DNA of 32,238 nt from an uncultured bacterium (GTDB lineage: Bacteria; Patescibacteriota; Minisyncoccia; Phycocordibacterales; PALSA-1337), in assembly GCA_963851055.1 (NCBI GenBank), contig CAWKMY010000005.1, positions 78,716 to 110,953 of the forward strand, in the 5' to 3' direction. The translations under genes were made by a program, and so were the position numbers. Under the pieces are notes generated by a model. It worked only from the letters and a program-made list of their open reading frames with translations. It did not search any database and was not told where the DNA came from. This document shows positions 1 to 9,295 of this stretch, in pieces. Numbering within the stretch: the first letter of the stretch is position 1; each line of letters starts with the position of its first letter.

Positions 1-479
1 TGCTTGCCATCTTTGTCTACGGCTTTGTGAGCTTTCAGGTTCACCACCTCGAGGATAGTATCTATGCGAGGATCGAGGTCATAGACTTTCTTTCGGCCGC
101 CACTCTCCATTGCATCGGCGAAAAATTCCCGCACCGTCAGTGCCAATTGCTCGCGCGGTATGACTTGGCGGGCTGTGGCTATGGTCGCGCCATTGGTCAC
201 GTGGATGTCGCCTGATTCCGGCTTAATGGACCCGGCGGCACTTTCTTTGTGCCCGCCCGTCCTAGCCATTTCGCCCCCAGCGCCCAAAATGAGCCCGAAA
301 ATCGTCGTCTTTCCTGCCCCATTCTGACCCATGAGTGTTATCTTCGTGCCCGCGCGCACCGTGAATGAAACCTCATCCAAAATAGGCTTATTGTGGCCCC
401 ACTCATACGTCGCATCCTCGAAACGGATGATCGTATCACCCGAAAAGTCTGGTTTGGCTGATTTGACTGTTTTGGCCAT
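1..479 (-). CDS. ABC-type ATPase (ABC-F-like), N-terminal part; the 3' end runs off the window
   Basis: Absent from the ORF track because it is open at the window edge. My translation from ATG 479..477 gives MAKTVKSAKPDFSGDTIIRFEDATYEWGHNKPILDEVSFTVRAGTKITLMGQNGAGKTTIFGLILG..., with Walker A GQNGAGKTT. Confidence 0.8.
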   Translation of the reverse strand, partial: MAKTVKSAKPDFSGDTIIRFEDATYEWGHNKPILDEVSFTVRAGTKITLMGQNGAGKTTIFGLILGAGGEMARTGGHKESAAGSIKPESGDIHVTNGATIATARQVIPREQLALTVREFFADAMESGGRKKVYDLDPRIDTILEVVNLKAHKAVDKDGK

Positions 480-592
480 GGAACATACACATTACGGCAT
501 TTTGGGGCTATTGGGAAGGATATACTAGAAGACATTGACTCTTATTCGTTATAAGGCTAATCTTTCCACAAACAATTGAAAATGAGGTGTAT

Positions 593-1030
593 ATGAATGA
601 ACGATTGATGACATTCGAGGAACTGAGCGACGACAGGTATATATTGGAAAGTGGCTTGGCGGAATGGCCCTACGGGAGCGAGGCGATGCTAGTGGGCAAG
701 GTCATAGGCACTCTCTGGTGGCCAGGCAAGCATATCCGACAAATCCAGTTGGCCGAGTGCTCTTCATGGAGCACGACGGCAAAGAGATGGACCAGGCTTG
801 GTGGACATATCCTGAACTTCAGCGTGGACTTATTCGAGTATTTCTGTGGGCCGTATCAGACTGAAGCAGGAGATATTTTCTTCCTGCAATCCGCAGGACC
901 AAAAACATTCTTCTACGTGCGTTTCTTCGATAACGAGAGCAGGTACAAAGAACCAGTTGGATTGAGGCCCTTGTATGAGGTGCATCGGCGAATCATGGAT
1001 CCTGAACCACCGCCTGGAAAGGTATCCTAG
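593..1030 (+). CDS. hypothetical protein
   Basis: ORF 587..1030. The track start is GTG. ATG at 593 lies 5 nt after GAGG (584-587). I recognise no family. Confidence 0.5.
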   Translation: MNERLMTFEELSDDRYILESGLAEWPYGSEAMLVGKVIGTLWWPGKHIRQIQLAECSSWSTTAKRWTRLGGHILNFSVDLFEYFCGPYQTEAGDIFFLQSAGPKTFFYVRFFDNESRYKEPVGLRPLYEVHRRIMDPEPPPGKVS

Positions 1031-1171
1031 ACTCACACGTCTATTCGAGCGGCACGCAACAATGCGGGCTGCTTTTTTATTATCACTTGCCAATTTCCAT
1101 ATTACGAGTAATGTATGAGCCAGACCGTAACAAACCAACAAAAACCAAAAGCACAATGAAATAAGAAACGT

Positions 1172-2380
1172 ATGAAAACGAAAAAATCGACCTACGAAAT
1201 GCGCGGCGTCTCTTCGAGCAAGACCGACGTCCACAAGGCCATCGCCAAGCTCGACAAAGGCCTCTACCCAGGTGCCTTCTGCAAGATTCTGCCGGACTAT
1301 CTCGGCCTTCCGCCAGACCCACGGGTCTGCAATGTCCTCCACGCCGATACCGCCGGAACCAAGGCTGGGCTCGCCTACATGGTCTGGAAAAAGACCGGTT
1401 CCATCGAAGCAGCTTCGAACGTGGCCATAGACGCCCTCGTCATGAACACCGACGACGTCGGCTGCGTCGGAGCCACTGGCCATTTGCTAGTCAATCAGAC
1501 CATTGGCAGAAACAGCTACCTCATTCCTCAGGAAGTCATTCAGGCAATCATCAACGAGGCACAAGCATTTTGCGACATGTTGTCCAACCACTGCATCCCA
1601 TGCCACTTCGCCGGCGGCGAGACTGCCAGCGTCGGGGACATTGTGAGAACGCTCGATGTCGGCAGCAGCGTAGCGGCTCGCATGTTGCGCAAGGATGTCA
1701 TTGATGCCAGCCGTATCGCCAATGGCGATTATATAGTCGGTTTTAGTTCCACCGGGAGAGCCGTCTGGGAAGATTGTGATAATACCGGCATCGGAGCCAA
1801 CGGCCTCACCAATGCCAGGCATGACTGTTTCTGCGATGAATACCGCGGCGACTCGGAATTGTATGCGCCGCAGATGCCGAAGGAACTCGTCTTCCGTGGC
1901 CCATACCAAGTCACTGACGATTTTCCCGGCGATTCATCGTTCACCGTCGGCGGAGCATTGTTATCGCCGACCAGGACTTATCTGCCGCTCATCAAGAAAG
2001 TTCTGGATGCGGTCGGACGCAAGCATATCCACGCCATCATCCACTGCTCCGGCGGCGGACAAACCAAGATCGGCAAGTTCGGCAACGCCAAGCGTTACAT
2101 CAAAGTCAACCCGTTCCCGATACCGCCGGTATTCGAAATGATCCAGAAGGTCTCCGGCCTGTCCTGGTATGAGATGTATCAGACATTCAACATGGGTCAC
2201 CGACTAGAGATGGTCGTCAACGACAAAGCGGTCGCGCAGGAAGTGATGCATATATCACGGCAAGAATGCCGTATCGAGTCGCGAATGGTTGGTCATGTTC
2301 TCGACCGCGTATCGCCCGGACTCGGTAACACTGTCGAAATCGAAATGCCTTCAGGTGGACGGCTCATGTATGAGGTTTAG
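1172..2380 (+). CDS. PurM-family (AIR synthase-related) protein, long ~400-aa form
   Basis: 402-aa ORF with PurM-like motifs: NTDDVGCVGA, AGGETASVGD, HCSGGGQTK, FNMGHRLE. Followed by an intrinsic terminator. Confidence 0.7.
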   Translation: MKTKKSTYEMRGVSSSKTDVHKAIAKLDKGLYPGAFCKILPDYLGLPPDPRVCNVLHADTAGTKAGLAYMVWKKTGSIEAASNVAIDALVMNTDDVGCVGATGHLLVNQTIGRNSYLIPQEVIQAIINEAQAFCDMLSNHCIPCHFAGGETASVGDIVRTLDVGSSVAARMLRKDVIDASRIANGDYIVGFSSTGRAVWEDCDNTGIGANGLTNARHDCFCDEYRGDSELYAPQMPKELVFRGPYQVTDDFPGDSSFTVGGALLSPTRTYLPLIKKVLDAVGRKHIHAIIHCSGGGQTKIGKFGNAKRYIKVNPFPIPPVFEMIQKVSGLSWYEMYQTFNMGHRLEMVVNDKAVAQEVMHISRQECRIESRMVGHVLDRVSPGLGNTVEIEMPSGGRLMYEV

Positions 2381-2402
2381 GCGCGCTCTAGATATTGCGC
2401 AG

Positions 2403-2430
2403 CGGCTCGCATTTTTGCGGGCCGTTTTTT
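2403..2430 (+). terminator. intrinsic terminator (cggctcgca-ttttt-tgcgggccg plus T6)
   Basis: 9-bp stem with one G.U pair, then a T run, 23 nt after the PurM-like stop. The same module recurs at 4590-4616. Confidence 0.7.
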
Positions 2431-2923
2431 ATTTCATCATATCCTTGGTCAGCCTCAAGCTTAGCTTTGCCTTAAGCGGCCCACCTTTTGATTTTGATTC
2501 CAGGAATTCAATAGCCTCGTGGAGATTCTCTATTCTTTCTGTAGACACGACCAAATTCCTTCGATTCAAGTTATAACCTTTAACAAGATAGTTCCTCAAT
2601 ACACCTGTGGCCCACTTCCTGAATATTATCGCTTTCTTGGAATTAGTCCTGTAGCCGACAGCTAGAATGATATCGAGCGAATAAAGCGTCGGTGGTCGAT
2701 GGGCGTGAGTTATGTGCATTTTTTGCACATTACTGTTTTGATCCACTTCTTCATCCTTGAATATATTATTGATATGCTTGGTGACGACTGAACGTTCCAC
2801 TTCGAAAAGTCGCGCTATCTGTGCCTGCGTCGCCCACAGAGTGTCTTTCTCAATATCCGCACGCAACTCTACATTTCCATACTTATCAGTGTACAAAACG
2901 ATATTGTTTTTTATTTTAGTCAT
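2429..2923 (-). CDS. RhuM-family protein, short (164 aa) form
   Basis: N-terminal region (LYTDKYGNVELRADIEKDTLWATQAQIARLFEV...VGYRTNSKKAIIFRKWATGVLRNYLVKGY) matches the conserved RhuM pattern as I recall it. It is about half the usual length. Confidence 0.65.
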   Translation of the reverse strand: MTKIKNNIVLYTDKYGNVELRADIEKDTLWATQAQIARLFEVERSVVTKHINNIFKDEEVDQNSNVQKMHITHAHRPPTLYSLDIILAVGYRTNSKKAIIFRKWATGVLRNYLVKGYNLNRRNLVVSTERIENLHEAIEFLESKSKGGPLKAKLSLRLTKDMMK

Positions 2924-3074
2924 TTTTTATTAACGATTAATTGATAACACCAAAATCAAAACCCCGCTCATCACGTGAGCTTATTTGAACTTGTTTCATT
3001 TTGGAACAAGTTGGATATCATTGCCTCTCCAGGCGCTAGCCGCGAATGATGACGCGATTGTAACACAAAAAAAA

Positions 3075-3260
3075 TCATACTCTGGGCGGCGGATTGACAC
3101 CCGCCCTCATTAATAGTAGCGTATACCCATTATGCAACAGCATAAGAATAACATCACCCATATCTCTAATATGCCGCGCTTCAAGAACTGCGGTTATATC
3201 CTCGTGTCCGGTGACGACGCCTTCGGCGGCGCACTTACATCCGGTCGTGATGTTTTTCAT
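3075..3260 (-). CDS. small hypothetical protein (61 aa); may be spurious
   Basis: ATG ORF with no SD. The 3' end lies in a GC hairpin (3083-3106) followed by a T run on the minus strand. Only a weak resemblance to small Cys/His metal-binding proteins. Confidence 0.25.
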   Translation of the reverse strand: MKNITTGCKCAAEGVVTGHEDITAVLEARHIRDMGDVILMLLHNGYTLLLMRAGVNPPPRV

Positions 3261-3298
3261 ATGCTTTTGAGCTGATTCTATTCAAACGCTTTAGAAAG

Positions 3299-3328
3299 AT
3301 CCCGACTGGACGAAAGTCGGGATTTTTT
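3299..3328 (+). terminator. strong intrinsic terminator with no upstream plus-strand gene
   Basis: Perfect 9-bp stem atcccgact/agtcgggat with a 7-nt loop, then T6. Lies 68 nt upstream of the MFS start codon. Confidence 0.65.
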
Positions 3329-3395
3329 GTCCCAAGTCCAGGGAAAAATTGAACATTGAAAACAACATATCCGCCAACTGGCGGAGAAAGGAAAA

Positions 3396-4577
3396 ATGAA
3401 AACGAGTAACATTCGTAGGAACATCATCCTGTATAAGCTGTTCGCCCTCTTCAACGAGCCCCTGTTCTGGGGACCGATACTGATCATCTCACTGCAAAAT
3501 CTGGCTCACATGAAGCTTCATGACATATATTTCATGGAGTCAGCCGTGATGATTCTGTGCGTGGTTCTGAATATACCAGCGGGGGCTTTGGCCGATGTCA
3601 TCGGACGCAAGAAAACTCTCATCATCGGCAGGATATTCCTCTTCGCCAGCGAGATCTTCTTTGTAACGATGTCATCGCCGACTGGGGCCTGGGTAGGAAA
3701 TATCCTTTGGGCCTTCGGCTATTCATTGCAAAGCGGAGCAGACGTATCTCTTCTCTACCAAAGCCTCAAAGCGGGAAGATTCCACGGCAAGTTCGTAAAG
3801 ATAGAGGGCTGTGCCGTCGGCGGCAGACTTCTGCTCACGGCATTCTGCTCTCTTCTCGTCGGTCCATTGGCTACTATCGGCTTGCGGGTACCGCTCTATT
3901 GCTGTCTGCCATTTATGGCTATACCGCTCGTAGTGTCGTTCTTCTTTGAGGAACAGACGATCACGGAGCCTTACAGCATAAAAAAGCAGCTGCAGACCCT
4001 GAAGAAAGGCATCTCATACGCCATCCGGAAGCCGGAGATACGCTGGATGGTGGGATTCTCCGCCCTCCTCATGGGCGCTTCGAAAGTCTGGTTCTTCACC
4101 TACAATCCATACTTCGAGGCTGTCGGTATACCGCTCGCATATTATGGTGTAGTATTCTTCCTCCTGAATATCGTGGCCTGGGCCTTCAGTCACTGGGCTC
4201 ATAGGATCAAGGATATGCTCTCGGAGCGATCGTGCATAGCAGGCATGGTTGCATGCGTCGGCATTCCTATTGTGATCATGAGCATCTTGCCCTACCCCAT
4301 CGCGGCTTATCTAGTCGTATGCCAAAATGTAGTGCGAGGTTTCATGCGGCCATTCACGGAAGGCTTCATGAACAAACACATAGAATCAGAAGAGGTCCGC
4401 GTCACCGTGCTCTCAACGCGCTCGGCCCTCTCTGACACAGTGACGGTCATGGCTCTGGCATGGTTCGGCTTTATGGAAAAGGGTCTTGGGCTCTTTGCTT
4501 CATTGGCTGTCCTCGGTCTGGTCGTGCTTGTCCTCGGTAGGATGTGCTATGCGAGATATAGAAAGCTCTTCGGTTAA
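3396..4577 (+). CDS. MFS transporter
   Basis: 393-aa polytopic ORF with an MFS-like loop motif (GALADVIGRKKTLIIG). SD-like GGAG/AAGGA lies upstream. Confidence 0.8.
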   Translation: MKTSNIRRNIILYKLFALFNEPLFWGPILIISLQNLAHMKLHDIYFMESAVMILCVVLNIPAGALADVIGRKKTLIIGRIFLFASEIFFVTMSSPTGAWVGNILWAFGYSLQSGADVSLLYQSLKAGRFHGKFVKIEGCAVGGRLLLTAFCSLLVGPLATIGLRVPLYCCLPFMAIPLVVSFFFEEQTITEPYSIKKQLQTLKKGISYAIRKPEIRWMVGFSALLMGASKVWFFTYNPYFEAVGIPLAYYGVVFFLLNIVAWAFSHWAHRIKDMLSERSCIAGMVACVGIPIVIMSILPYPIAAYLVVCQNVVRGFMRPFTEGFMNKHIESEEVRVTVLSTRSALSDTVTVMALAWFGFMEKGLGLFASLAVLGLVVLVLGRMCYARYRKLFG

Positions 4578-4589
4578 GCATCAATTCAA

Positions 4590-4616
4590 CGGCTCGCATT
4601 TTTGCGGGCCGTTTTT
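4590..4616 (+). terminator. intrinsic terminator, second copy of the 2403-2430 module
   Basis: cggctcgcatttttgcgggccgttttt is identical over 27 nt to the copy after the PurM-like gene. Confidence 0.7.
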
Positions 4617-4637
4617 ATCTGTTATAATTTACCGACT

Positions 4638-5006
4638 ATGACCAAAAAACAAAAGATAACTTATTACGTATTGCTCGTGATCATCAGCCTGCTCTTTCTG
4701 TCCGCATCCATACCGAAACTCCTCGGCATGCAGATAGAAGTCCAGGGCTTCGCCCAAGCGGGTCTGCCCGTCTGGTTCATGTATGTCATTGGCACCGGCG
4801 AGCTCGTCGGCACTATAGGATTATGGACCAGGAAATTCTTCCGCTATGCCTATGAGGGCCTATTCATCGTATTGGCGGGAGCATTCGGCACCACCTGGGC
4901 ATTCATGGGATTCGGACCAGCCCTCTTCCCTGTCGGCGCCGCCGTCATTCTATCTATCATCGTAAAGATGCACCACCGACGTTCAGCCGCGATTCCGACT
5001 ATATAG
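4638..5006 (+). CDS. DoxX-like small membrane protein
   Basis: Track ORF 4602..5006 starts inside the terminator. ATG at 4638 gives MTKKQKITYYVLLVIISLLF..., four predicted TM segments with a DoxX-like layout. Confidence 0.6.
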   Translation: MTKKQKITYYVLLVIISLLFLSASIPKLLGMQIEVQGFAQAGLPVWFMYVIGTGELVGTIGLWTRKFFRYAYEGLFIVLAGAFGTTWAFMGFGPALFPVGAAVILSIIVKMHHRRSAAIPTI

Positions 5007-5019
5007 ATATCTCCGGCTT

Positions 5020-5394
5020 TTACTTCTTCCCTTTCCTGCGATGGATCATTATCTGATTGCCATCCGGATCCTCTATGAGGATCATGGTGCAGACTTTGCC
5101 GTCATATTTGTCCATCAGGAATTTAGCTTTCTTGGCCCGTAATCCTTTGATTGCCTCATCAAAGTCGCCATCCAATTCCAATGCGACAGTGGCACCAGTC
5201 TTGCCCGGCTTGAAATTGGGCGCGCCCATGCCTATAGCCAGAGTATCATGACCTATCTCGTATTCTATGAAAGCATAGCCATCGCCTTCGAATATCGATG
5301 TGGCCTTGAGACCAAGCACGCCCTCATAGAAAGCGCGTGACTTTTTCACGTCTGTTATGGGGTATGAGACGAATGAGAATTCCTTGAATTTCAT
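5020..5394 (-). CDS. VOC/glyoxalase-family protein
   Basis: 124 aa. SRAFYEGVLGLK near the N-terminus and EDPDGNQIMI near the C-terminus are typical of the VOC fold. Confidence 0.75.
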   Translation of the reverse strand: MKFKEFSFVSYPITDVKKSRAFYEGVLGLKATSIFEGDGYAFIEYEIGHDTLAIGMGAPNFKPGKTGATVALELDGDFDEAIKGLRAKKAKFLMDKYDGKVCTMILIEDPDGNQIMIHRRKGKK

Positions 5395-5486
5395 GGGGTG
5401 ATTATAGCAAAGCTTTTCTATAATGGAATGATTGACTTTGGGGCATCAGAGTGGCAGTATGGCCGAGGAACTTATGGGAGTGATTT

Positions 5487-5810
5487 ATGAAAGATGAAAA
5501 TAATATCTCTGAGAAAAGCATCGCTGAATTGATAGGTTTGTTCGAAGATGACATCGTCTTCGGGCGAGGCCACATAGACACGCGCATTGAGCGCTCCGAA
5601 GCCCGCGAGGAACTGATCAAGCGGGGCAAGTCGTCCATGACTGACATAGCCGCGCACCTCAAGGATTTTAAACATGACCCGAATGGCGAGGTGGCATATG
5701 CTTGGAGAAGCCTGCTCGAGGAGATGAGAACCGTCCATGGCCTCCGTGGAGAGCCGAGACACTACTTGGTTCTGGATAGTTGGGTTGAATGGATGCCGCC
5801 GCTCCCATGA
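5487..5810 (+). CDS. hypothetical protein
   Basis: 107-aa ORF with GGGAG 6 nt upstream of the ATG. No family recognised. Confidence 0.5.
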   Translation: MKDENNISEKSIAELIGLFEDDIVFGRGHIDTRIERSEAREELIKRGKSSMTDIAAHLKDFKHDPNGEVAYAWRSLLEEMRTVHGLRGEPRHYLVLDSWVEWMPPLP

Positions 5811-5892
5811 GCGGCTTTTTTGTACCAAAATAAAAATCCAGCAGTTTTCTGCCGCTGGATGAGTCAGATGAATGCCCGACGCCCGGAAAGGC

Positions 5893-6465
5893 TTACCGCC
5901 TGCCGAGAGAAGGAAGGCCGCCAGAGACCATCCAAGGCTGCCCCGAAGGCTGTCGTTCGGTATTTCGAAGCCGATCTTCGAAGCCGCCCTGATCCACAGA
6001 CGCCATGACAAAGACCAGGTTCAGAAAAGCTGGAATGGCCGCTTCCCCGTCCTTTTCCATGAGGTCCTTCAATCCGGGACGATCCACGAGTCCCATAGCT
6101 TCGTATCCGCCCATATCCATATCGGATGGATACACATTATGCAGGAGCAGACGATCCATTTCGATGTACTCATTCAGGTCGAGCACTATCAGCTCTTCAT
6201 AGACGCCACCGCGCGGACCGACGAAGACCGAGACGACTGCCGTGAACTGGCCGGCATGGAACCACATCCTGTAACGCGCCTTCGGCGACACGAAATTGGG
6301 ATCCTTGAACGCTTCACCTTCTTGGTGACTCCGACAGAATAGATCGACTGCCCTGATGAGATCGAGCTCTTTCATAAGTTTTTTTAGACCCACTGGTTGA
6401 ACCGAGATGTTTACTAGAATATATCTCTGAATGCCGCTATTGTCCAGCTGCCTCATGCCTCTCAT
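5893..6465 (-). CDS. hypothetical protein (start uncertain)
   Basis: 190-aa ORF. A minus-strand hairpin plus T run (about 5833-5858) lies downstream. The overlapping plus-strand ORF is Arg-rich and looks non-coding. Confidence 0.45.
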   Translation of the reverse strand: MRGMRQLDNSGIQRYILVNISVQPVGLKKLMKELDLIRAVDLFCRSHQEGEAFKDPNFVSPKARYRMWFHAGQFTAVVSVFVGPRGGVYEELIVLDLNEYIEMDRLLLHNVYPSDMDMGGYEAMGLVDRPGLKDLMEKDGEAAIPAFLNLVFVMASVDQGGFEDRLRNTERQPSGQPWMVSGGLPSLGRR

Positions 6466-6598
6466 TCACAATGATCATTGCCACAAAATAATTTACGTGC
6501 TACACTATGCGCCGCTATTTGTCCTTTGAATTTGAGTGAATTCAGGGCTGCGATCAACCAAAAACAATAGAAGACATAAACAAAAAGAAATTGAGAGT

Positions 6599-6901
6599 AT
6601 GGCAAAAAAAGTATTCGTAAGAACTGTTGACTGGCCGAAAGTGGACGACGGCTTGGGTCCTGTTGTGACACCGAGCGCCATCTTGTTCCGTCTCGCAAGC
6701 ACAACGCCGGAATACGTCTATTTCCAAGGTAAGACTTTTCCCGTCGTCTGCAGGCTGCCGAAAAAAGGAGAAGTGCGCCTATGCATAAGGAATCGTGGAG
6801 CGCAGGGTATGGTCACGCGTGATGTGCCGGAGGGCGAGACTTCTACAGCTGGCATGGTCGGTGACATGAAAACAGTCGGATTTCACCCAAATCATCTCTG
6901 A
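6599..6901 (+). CDS. hypothetical protein
   Basis: Internal ATG 6599 (MAKKVFVRT...) is preceded by GAGAG. A hairpin plus T run follows the stop. Confidence 0.5.
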   Translation: MAKKVFVRTVDWPKVDDGLGPVVTPSAILFRLASTTPEYVYFQGKTFPVVCRLPKKGEVRLCIRNRGAQGMVTRDVPEGETSTAGMVGDMKTVGFHPNHL

Positions 6902-6953
6902 AATTCACCCTCTCACCGCCGGATCCATTAGTGGGCCCGGCTTTTTTATTACA

Positions 6954-7862
6954 TTATTTCCCCTTCCACTTCCTCTCTATAGTAACCAGTAGAGATGAGC
7001 CAAAACAAACCGATGAATATGTACCAGCCAGAATACCGATGATGAGAGCTAGAGTGAAATGCTCTGTGGATGAACCGCCAAAGATGTAGAGAGCGACAAG
7101 AGCGATAAGCACGGTCAAAGAGGTGTTGATGGAACGAGTCAAAGTCTGATTGACTGATTGGCCAACGACTCCAGCGAAGGCGTCTCCGCGAGCGGAAGAA
7201 TTATGAGAAAGATTTTCGCGTACGCGGTCGAAAACGACGATGGTGTTATGGATGGAGAAGCCGAGAATGACTAGAAGTGCCGTGACGAAGAGAGTATCCA
7301 CTTCATAGCCTAGATAGTGACCGAGTATGGAGAAAGCGCCGAGAGGGATGATGATGTCATGAACGAGAGAGGCTATGGCGATCAGACCGTATTTCCATGA
7401 CCGGACTGGCTCAGAGACTTTGCGGAAAGCGAAGGTGATGTACAGAACGATGCCGAGTATAACGAGAATGACGGAGACGACAGCTTTGCGTAGAGCTTCA
7501 GCGCCTAGAACAGGACCGATGGAGTCGAAGCTCTTTACCGTAGGAGTTACATCGCTATTCATAGACAGAGCACTCATGACTTCGGCTTTCTCTGTCTGAT
7601 CTATAGCTTTCATGCGGATAAAGTAATCATTGATTCCGCCGGAGCGTACGGAAACTACCGGGTCTATCGAGGTAAGAGCCGAGGTGATAGCTGACTGGCT
7701 AGGAGTGCTGGTAGCTGTGACTGGATATGAAATCTCTATGAGGGTTCCACCGGCAAAATCGATACCAGGCTTCAATCCCCAAACAGCCAGAGAAATAACA
7801 GAGATAACCACGAGGATGGTTGTGAAGATGTATAGGTATTTTCTGTTATTTATGACCCACAT
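6954..7862 (-). CDS. secF: protein translocase subunit SecF
   Basis: 302 aa with SecF-like topology and motifs (GIDFAGGT, HDIIIPLG). Starts 5 nt after the secD stop. Confidence 0.9.
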   Translation of the reverse strand: MWVINNRKYLYIFTTILVVISVISLAVWGLKPGIDFAGGTLIEISYPVTATSTPSQSAITSALTSIDPVVSVRSGGINDYFIRMKAIDQTEKAEVMSALSMNSDVTPTVKSFDSIGPVLGAEALRKAVVSVILVILGIVLYITFAFRKVSEPVRSWKYGLIAIASLVHDIIIPLGAFSILGHYLGYEVDTLFVTALLVILGFSIHNTIVVFDRVRENLSHNSSARGDAFAGVVGQSVNQTLTRSINTSLTVLIALVALYIFGGSSTEHFTLALIIGILAGTYSSVCFGSSLLVTIERKWKGK

Positions 7863-7867
7863 ATAAT

Positions 7868-9250
7868 TTATTTATTAGCGGACGGCTTTGCGCGGCGGAA
7901 ACCGTTACTGATAAGGAATGTTGACAGCTTCGTCGTCTGTGCCGGAGCCACAGCATAGAGGAACAGTCTCGAAGCTGTGATAGCTGTAAACATAGATACA
8001 AGTACGCCGATGACGAATACTAGAGCGAAGCCTGTGATGATGGCTGTTGAGCCGAAATAGTAGAGGATGACACCGGTGATGATGGAAGAAATGTTGGAAT
8101 CACGGATAGAAGTCCAGGCACGAGCGAAACCTTCGTGCATAGCATCAGAGATGCCGCGACCATTGCGGAGCTCTTCTTTCATGCGCTCAAAGATGAGGAT
8201 GTTAGCGTCCACGGCCATACCTATAGTGATTATGAAACCTGCTATGCCAGCGGCAGAGAGAGTGACGGGGATGAGCTTGAACAGAGCCAACATGATACAC
8301 GTGTAGACTCCGAGAGCTATGACCGCCACCAGACCTGGCAGGCGGTACCAAGCTATGAGGAATAGAGCGATGATGATAAATGAAATGATACCTGCGTATA
8401 TGCCGCCGTGAACAGCTTGCTGGCCTAGAGTAGGACCTATGGTTTGCGTAGAAAGAAGTGATATCGGTACTGGCAAAGCTCCGAAGTTTAGATCACGGAC
8501 GAGAGTCTGGACTTCGGTCAGAGTGAAAGTACCCGTAATCTGAGCTTGGCCGCCAGTGATAGCTGATTGGACTACAGGAGCGGAAATGAGATTGCCATCT
8601 AGAAATATTCCTATGTAGTTGCCGATGTTAGCGGCAGTAGTCGAAGCGAAAAGAGCTGTGCCATCGCTGGTAAAATTGAGACCGACTTGTGGGGCATTCG
8701 TAGTTTGATTGAACTGCACGGAAGCGCGGCTGACCATGCGACCGGTCAGACCTGTGTCTTTAAACATAGCCAGGTAGTCCGCGGCTTGGGTGGTAGTGGA
8801 CTCATTTTGAATAGTAGTCGAAGCTTGGAATGCATTAACTGCGGCGGCTGTGGCTAGACGAAAATCAAGCACGGGAGTCGCGCCGATCTCCTGGACGGCC
8901 TGATCAACATCGGTCACGCCGGGAAGCTCGACGATGAGCTGATAGGCTGACGCTCCAGTAGAGAGTGCTCCCCCGATCTGGGTCTGGACGAGAGGTTCGG
9001 AAACGCCTATGGTATTGACGCGACGCTCTACCACATCGCGTAGAGAGGCCATGGAAGGGCCTATATCAGCGCTAGAGAGCTTGGAGACATCAGCAGAATA
9101 TACTAGGTGCGTGCCTCCGGAAAGGTCTAGACCTAGGCGGAAAGGATGGAAACCGGCCCATGATCCAGGAAGCTGTGAAGCATAGACGAAAAAGCCTACG
9201 AGAAGGGCCAATATGACCACGTAGACGGCTTTTGCGCGCTGTTTGAACAT
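7868..9250 (-). CDS. secD: protein translocase subunit SecD
   Basis: 460 aa. LGLDLSGGTHLVY, a large periplasmic domain, and a C-terminal RND-like 6-TM block (GMAVDANILIFERMKEE). Confidence 0.9.
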   Translation of the reverse strand: MFKQRAKAVYVVILALLVGFFVYASQLPGSWAGFHPFRLGLDLSGGTHLVYSADVSKLSSADIGPSMASLRDVVERRVNTIGVSEPLVQTQIGGALSTGASAYQLIVELPGVTDVDQAVQEIGATPVLDFRLATAAAVNAFQASTTIQNESTTTQAADYLAMFKDTGLTGRMVSRASVQFNQTTNAPQVGLNFTSDGTALFASTTAANIGNYIGIFLDGNLISAPVVQSAITGGQAQITGTFTLTEVQTLVRDLNFGALPVPISLLSTQTIGPTLGQQAVHGGIYAGIISFIIIALFLIAWYRLPGLVAVIALGVYTCIMLALFKLIPVTLSAAGIAGFIITIGMAVDANILIFERMKEELRNGRGISDAMHEGFARAWTSIRDSNISSIITGVILYYFGSTAIITGFALVFVIGVLVSMFTAITASRLFLYAVAPAQTTKLSTFLISNGFRRAKPSANK

Positions 9251-9295
9251 GGGGGCTATTATATAGGTTTTAAGAGGAATTACAAGGGTATTCTT

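Noticed and set aside
3371-3384. Palindrome CCGCCAACTGGCGG upstream of the MFS gene, recurring as CGCCAACTGGCGG at 26860-26872 upstream of rplJ.
   Set aside because: The match is only 13 nt. Roughly ten or more 13-mer coincidences are expected by chance within 32 kb on both strands, so the repeat is not significant on its own.
5872-6342. A plus-strand 156-aa ORF overlapping the minus-strand hypothetical gene 5893..6465.
   Set aside because: It is Arg/Pro-rich with an antisense-like composition. The minus-strand frame is longer, looks globular and has a downstream terminator.
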